From an uncultured delta proteobacterium (lineage in GTDB: Bacteria > Desulfobacterota > Binatia > UBA9968): 64,000 nt of DNA. Both the position numbers and the translations under genes were made by a program. Of this stretch, positions 58,870-64,000 are shown in pieces; positions within the stretch are counted from its first letter, which is position 1; each line of letters opens with the position of its first letter. The stretch lies in assembly GCA_963804165.1 (NCBI GenBank), contig CAWDPO010000046.1, positions 96,001-160,000 of the forward strand, written 5' to 3'. Under the pieces are notes generated by a model. The model saw only the letters and a list, made by a program, of their open reading frames with translations. It did no database searches and was not told where the DNA came from.

Positions 58870-60618
58870 CTAGCGAAACTTGACGATTAGGTAAACCGGA
58901 TTTGAAGCCACTCCACCCGAACCCGGCTCGACGACGGTCACGGCATACACTCCGGGCTTTTGCACCAGCTTGGGGTCGATGGTCGCGGTCAGTTTGGTGG
59001 AACGATCGAAATTCTGCGGATAGGGCCTTGGAGCCAACTCCACCTGAGTGGGCAGGGGTTTTCCCTCAAGCATGGCCACCGAAGTGGTCATGAAGTTTGC
59101 GCCTTCGATGTTCAGTTTCACCGGGGTTGTGCTCTGAACCACCGAGGTTGGTTCGATTTTGTCGACTTCAGGCTTGGGCCGGTCACCGTCCAACAGCGGC
59201 ACGGGATTTTTGTAATTCTTGGTGTAGCCGAGCTTTACCGGCGTCCCTTCTTTGAAGACCATTTTGATGTTGCGTGTCTTGCTGATGTCTTCGAGCGGAT
59301 TTCCTTCGACGATAACGATGTCCGCAAAACTTCCCGGCATGATGACGCCGATCTCGTTCTCGCGGCGGATCAACTCGGCCGGATTGCGAGTCGCCGTTAA
59401 GATAGCCTCCATGGGCGTTAGACCGGCTTCGGTCAAGAGCTCCATCTCGACGTGGACCGCCCAGGCGGGAAGAACGGAGTTAGGATCCGAGCCGGAACGG
59501 ATTTTCCCTCCCGCTTTTGCGTAGCGACGAATGAAGTCCTGAATATTTTCGTAACCGGTTCGCACCCGGCGCAGCAGTTCCTGATCGGTGATATTGGCGA
59601 TGCCGTCCTGATTGGCCCGGACATTGGACTTGAAGTAAGGAGGAATGTAATTGAGGTTCGGATTTGCCAGGAGCTTGAGCTCCGCCTCCTTCAGCTGATT
59701 CCACTTCGGAGAATAGAATCGCCAGAAAGTAGCCAACGTCGGGGTCCAAGTTGTTTTGTGCTCGACCATGAAGCGAACGAGCTCGTCGAAGTTTTCGCGA
59801 TCGGCGTAGAAATGATACTCCGGCGTGGACATGCGATTTCTGAACGCCGCCCGGCGTTTGTTCAGTTCTTCTCTTTTCTTCGGATCCTTAATGGTGGACG
59901 AAACCACCGCGTAGCTGTGCTCGACGAAATCGAACCCGCTGTTCACAGATTGAAAAATGTCCTCGCTGTGGCCGCCGGCCGGTTTGCCCTGCTTGTGGGC
60001 CTCCTCGGCAAGAATTTTGATCACTTCGGCTGTGGCGTACTCATAGATTTTGACGATATCTGCACCCGAAGCTAGATGGGCTTGGACGGCTTTTCTTGCC
60101 TCATCCGGCGTCGCCACCGAAATCTCCTCGCGCCGCTGCGCCTGCAACTCGCGAATCGATCGGTCGCGCTCTCCGGGCCGCGGGCTGTTGAAGTGAGGGC
60201 CTGCGACAAAAAGTCTCGGCCCAGTGATCTTGCCTTTAGCGACGCCATCCCGCTGCGCAACCATCCAATCCAGCCGGTCGCTACCGGTTACCAGCGCCGT
60301 GGTGACGCCGTAATTGAGATAAAGCTCGCCCTGCCAATCCTTGTAGTGCGCATGCGAATCGACCAGTCCCGGAAATGCGGTGCTTTGAGGAATTCTGATG
60401 ATTTTAGCGTCTTTCGGAATGACGAGCTTTGCCTTTGGTCCGACGGCTTTGACCCGCTTGTCTTGGATCAAGATGACCGCGTCTTTGAGCGGTGCTCCCC
60501 CCGATCCGTCGATCAAAAGATCGACTTCGAGCGCGATCGGTTTTTCTTGCGGCCACGCGGCCGACAAATTTATGAGACAGGTCAAAAGAACCAGCGAGAG
60601 AAAGCGACGGGGCTTCAT
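58870..60618 (-). CDS. Exported amidohydrolase with a C-terminal IPT/TIG-like domain
   Basis: Signal peptide; PGLVDSHAH, GSD, ADIVIVEGNPL; Ig-like tail. Confidence 0.85.
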   Translation of the reverse strand: MKPRRFLSLVLLTCLINLSAAWPQEKPIALEVDLLIDGSGGAPLKDAVILIQDKRVKAVGPKAKLVIPKDAKIIRIPQSTAFPGLVDSHAHYKDWQGELYLNYGVTTALVTGSDRLDWMVAQRDGVAKGKITGPRLFVAGPHFNSPRPGERDRSIRELQAQRREEISVATPDEARKAVQAHLASGADIVKIYEYATAEVIKILAEEAHKQGKPAGGHSEDIFQSVNSGFDFVEHSYAVVSSTIKDPKKREELNKRRAAFRNRMSTPEYHFYADRENFDELVRFMVEHKTTWTPTLATFWRFYSPKWNQLKEAELKLLANPNLNYIPPYFKSNVRANQDGIANITDQELLRRVRTGYENIQDFIRRYAKAGGKIRSGSDPNSVLPAWAVHVEMELLTEAGLTPMEAILTATRNPAELIRRENEIGVIMPGSFADIVIVEGNPLEDISKTRNIKMVFKEGTPVKLGYTKNYKNPVPLLDGDRPKPEVDKIEPTSVVQSTTPVKLNIEGANFMTTSVAMLEGKPLPTQVELAPRPYPQNFDRSTKLTATIDPKLVQKPGVYAVTVVEPGSGGVASNPVYLIVKFR

Positions 60619-60779
60619 GTGATAGTTCCTTTCTTGCTCAGTTCACATCAGTTTGGTGAGTGTCGTAAACGGCGCAGAACCCGAGACTCGTTGGATCGCT
60701 GCGCTGGTTCGGATAAAGCCATTTACCTCGATATTGATCCTATGGCCGCCCATTCTATTGCGCATGCGTTTGTGATAGA

Positions 60780-61023
60780 TCACCGGCCGGTTTTGTCGAA
60801 CGTCGCGAACTTCCAGCCGTGGTCCCGCAAACCAATTGATCGACGTTCACCCAGCCGAGTGATAGAGCCGCGCAGCCGTGAATGCAGAGATCATAAAATG
60901 CTGACAGGTTTTCACCCGCCGCCAGATTACCAAGGGTGGGTCGAGCAACCGGACCGGGACGGGCTTATCGGCCACTTCTTTCGACCATGAAACCGGATGC
61001 CCGTAGTGGCGAAGAACATTCAT
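60780..61023 (-). pseudogene. Decayed 5' copy of the Rieske oxygenase gene
   Basis: MNVLRHYGHPVSWSKEVADKPVPVRLLDPPLVIWR then, shifted, YDLCIHGCAALSLGWVNVDQLVCG / HGW, versus the 56741 gene. Confidence 0.85.
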
Positions 61024-61072
61024 TGCCGGGGCTCCTTCGAAAAATTCCTTTTTTTGCCGCGCGATTTTCCTA

Positions 61073-62527
61073 CTAGGGCCCGCCCGCTCGTTTGCGCGCG
61101 CTTTGGAAAGACTCGGCGGCCTTGCGGACGATTTCATCGGCATCCAGCGCGACGAGCTCGCCCTTGTGCTTGAGGATCCGCCCGTCAATGACGACCGTGT
61201 CCACGTTGAACGGCTGTGCCTGCTGCACGAGCAAGAGCGCGGGATTGATGAAGGGCGCGACATTCAAGTCATTGGTTCGCACCAGGATCAGGTCGGCGCG
61301 CTTGCCGGGCGTGAGCGAGCCGGTGCGATCGGCGATGCCGAGATCTTTCGCGCCGTCGAGCGTGGCCAACTCCAGAATCCGCCTTGGCTGCACCTCCATC
61401 ACGTCCATCGAGCGCAGGTGATTGAGCTGTAGCATCAGACGCATGATGCCGAACATGTCGGCATTACCACCCACCGTGGTCGTATCCACGGACAAACTGC
61501 ATTGCACGCCTCGCTTGAGTAGATCGCCAAGATACGGCAGCCCCGAGGCCAGACGCGATGCGGTGAACGGCGCGATACTGACATGGGCTTTCGTCTCGGC
61601 GATCATCGCGCGCTCTTCGGCGGAGGCGCTGTAAGTGTGAATGAGCTGCACGTCCGGGCCCAGTAACTTGTCCTTATAGAGCATCTCAATACGACGAAAT
61701 CTTTTGATTTCGGCGAGTGAACGTCCGGCGTGCTGGGTGATGGGTAAGCCCAGGCTGCGGGCAAATTCCCATTCCTTGCGATAGACCTCCGGCGGCGTGT
61801 CGCCTGCTCCCCGCGAGGCAAAGCCCATGGTCGTCAAGCCATCGTTGGATGCGCCGAACCACTCGCGCTTCACTCGCGCGATGTCGTTGAAGTCGGCGGT
61901 CTCCTTGGGCTTCTGTTGCAAGTTGCGGCTGTAGCCGTAGGAAAAACGCGCGCGAATGCCGCAATCGCGCAACGCGCGCAGATCGGCATCGGCATAAGCG
62001 CCGGAAATAATATTGTGCGACCAGTCGTGAATCGTCGTGAGCCCGGAGTTGATCGCTTCGGCAATCGCCAGCTTAGCACTGTTGTAGGCGTCCTCCGGCA
62101 TCATCACCGGTCCAAGACGGCTCATCACCGGAAAATAATCGAAGTCGCCGTCGGCGACGACACCGCGCGCGAAGCTGCCCCAAAGATGAAAGTGCGTGTC
62201 GATAAAGCCGGGGCAGGCGATACGATTGCGGCCGTCGATTTCTTCGGCGCCGGGCGCAGAGAGATTCGGACCAACGGCAGCGAGACTACCGTTGCGCACG
62301 TGCACGTCGGCGACCGGTATATCGCCCAGTTTCGGGTCCATGGTGACGACGTACGCGTTACGCACGACAAACTCCCCGCGCGGCGGAAGTTTTCCGGAAG
62401 TCCGGTCCGCGGTCCAAAGTCTCGACTCTTGGCGCGCGGTGGTCGCGCATGCCGACAGCCCGACGGCGCCGATAGCGGCGACCGCTTCAATAAAGTTGCG
62501 ACGACTTAAGGTGTTTTCGTTTGCCAT
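61073..62527 (-). CDS. Tat-exported lipoprotein amidohydrolase (MTA/SAH deaminase / AtzA-like)
   Basis: SRRNFI and LSAC; PGFIDTHFH; GSLTPGKRADL. Confidence 0.88.
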   Translation of the reverse strand: MANENTLSRRNFIEAVAAIGAVGLSACATTARQESRLWTADRTSGKLPPRGEFVVRNAYVVTMDPKLGDIPVADVHVRNGSLAAVGPNLSAPGAEEIDGRNRIACPGFIDTHFHLWGSFARGVVADGDFDYFPVMSRLGPVMMPEDAYNSAKLAIAEAINSGLTTIHDWSHNIISGAYADADLRALRDCGIRARFSYGYSRNLQQKPKETADFNDIARVKREWFGASNDGLTTMGFASRGAGDTPPEVYRKEWEFARSLGLPITQHAGRSLAEIKRFRRIEMLYKDKLLGPDVQLIHTYSASAEERAMIAETKAHVSIAPFTASRLASGLPYLGDLLKRGVQCSLSVDTTTVGGNADMFGIMRLMLQLNHLRSMDVMEVQPRRILELATLDGAKDLGIADRTGSLTPGKRADLILVRTNDLNVAPFINPALLLVQQAQPFNVDTVVIDGRILKHKGELVALDADEIVRKAAESFQSARKRAGGP

Positions 62528-62798
62528 GGTTGCGCTCCCTGACGTCGGTCGCTAATTTTAGCGCGAAATCAATGCGATCGTTCCGACTTTTAAGCATGTG
62601 AGCGGAGAGTAGTAAATCGTTCGACGAATAGTCAAGAAATATTACCCGTGGAATTTCCACGTACATTAATTTCGCATGGTTGCGTTCAAGCCGTTCAAAA
62701 AGTTTTGTTGCGATTTCTGTGTCCGACGGCTTGAACGAGCAGTTAGACTTGAGCGCCGACGACTTTCGCGCGCGTTCAGAGAAGGACCGATTCGGCGT

Positions 62799-63398
62799 TC
62801 AGGTTTGGCTACTTGTTTTGTCCCGCCACATATACCAGGTCGGTACGCCGATCAGTTCTTCATTGCGCTGCACAATGAATCCGAACTTTTCATAGAACCT
62901 GACATTTTCCGGCTTGTCGGTCTCGAGATAGCCGGCCATATTCTCTTTCTGGAGATATTCGACGTAGCGATTCATCAGCGCCGTGCCGATGCCATGTCCT
63001 TGCATTGCCGGCGCGACGCCGATGGGACCCAGATGGATGTGCGGTTCGTCGGGATCGAAGTGACACCAGCGGGCGAACCAGGCAATAACCCGCGGGCTCG
63101 CCGCGCCGAGAGGTTTTAACAAATTTGCCATGGCGTTTGGCAGCTCTTCAGGCGGTGGTAGGCAATAGGGCGACGCATTGAAGTGGGCGTAGCCGCAAAC
63201 GGCGCCATTCACCGATGCGACGATGGCTTCGCCGTGAAACATATGGCGCAGGCCGATGCGAAAGAACAGGCGATTGTAATCCATCCGTTGGGGGCCGAAG
63301 GCAGAAACGTGCAGCGGGCTTGTGATGAACGCGTTGGCGAGAACTGATAGCACGGATTCCAATTCTTTCGCGTTGTACTTTTCAATGACGATCTCCAT
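62799..63398 (-). CDS. GNAT family N-acetyltransferase
   Basis: IGVAPAMQGHGIG, YLET, NVRFYEKFGF; start 63398. Confidence 0.9.
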   Translation of the reverse strand: MEIVIEKYNAKELESVLSVLANAFITSPLHVSAFGPQRMDYNRLFFRIGLRHMFHGEAIVASVNGAVCGYAHFNASPYCLPPPEELPNAMANLLKPLGAASPRVIAWFARWCHFDPDEPHIHLGPIGVAPAMQGHGIGTALMNRYVEYLQKENMAGYLETDKPENVRFYEKFGFIVQRNEELIGVPTWYMWRDKTSSQT

Positions 63399-63418
63399 CG
63401 CGGGCCTTCTTCCCGATG

Positions 63419-64000
63419 CTAAGTGGCCACACCTTCGCCGATGGTTTGCCGGGTCATGGCGGCCAACTCGAGAACTTCCGTGCGGCCGTCTCCTTTGAAA
63501 GAAGCGCCGTGCATGATGGCGAGGATTTGCGGATTTAAATCCGCAAGTCTTCGCAAAGTAGCGTCCGTGTATGCCGTATAGGGCATGTCGTGGGCCATGG
63601 GGCCGGTCAGATTTTGTAGGATTGATTCGCGCGCGCGGCCGAGCACGCTCGTCTCCTCCAATGGCCGCGGATCTCCAGGTTGAAAAAAAAGGTCGGAGCA
63701 TAAAAGTATGCGCTCGTGGTTTCGAAAAATAATCCCGCGTCCCAGCTATGGGGCACGTGCGGTGTGGATAGAAACTGCAAACGGTGGCGTCCGATCTCGA
63801 GTATTTCGTTGTCGGCCAAAGCCCGCGCGGAACGGTCGGCGAAGTCGTTGACCATCACGACGGCGCCGACAAAGCTGCAGACAGCCTGCGCCTGCGGCGC
63901 GGTCTTCAGCCATTCGTTCAACGCGCCGCACTTGTCGGACTCGAAATGGCTAAAACCGATCCAACGCAACTTGGCGGGATCGAGGATGGAGGTATGCATT
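63419..64000 (-). CDS. Metallo-beta-lactamase-fold protein (flavodiiron N-terminal-like), 5'-truncated by the window and frameshifted
   Basis: [28 protein letters not shown]. Confidence 0.8.

Overview
GC-rich bacterial chromosomal window. No rRNA, tRNA or CRISPR array was seen. The gene content (about 10 solute-binding proteins, tandem ThDP enzymes, MmgE/PrpD, bicupin, amidohydrolases) resembles Ca. Binatia-like deltaproteobacterial genomes; this taxonomy is inference only. Bases ~3.4-23.7 kb form a probable sigma54-linked stress/envelope island: an uncharacterised paralogue pair, a DUF748-like protein, a 24-aa microprotein missing from the ORF track, a CsbD fusion, two DUF4398-like lipoproteins, a 2003-aa poly-HAMP hybrid kinase with a second kinase, and a PLD-VTT fusion with an EEP hydrolase. 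The rest is mostly catabolic enzymes and transporters (Liv-type ABC, SsuA/TauA-type ABC, TctABC, Rieske oxygenase, GMC oxidoreductase). Many genes at 24-36 kb carry single-base frameshifts that look like sequencing indels. The most unusual signals are non-coding. Several small non-autonomous elements have ends resembling three different transposase families (IS1182-like, IS630-like, IS200/IS605-like), and each encloses REP-type hairpins; a decayed REP-associated transposase is also present. An intact 1.5-kb DDE insertion sequence has a perfect TTGACA in one end and a perfect TATAAT in the other, placed to form a promoter only if the element circularises. All family assignments come from motif recognition by eye, not database searches.
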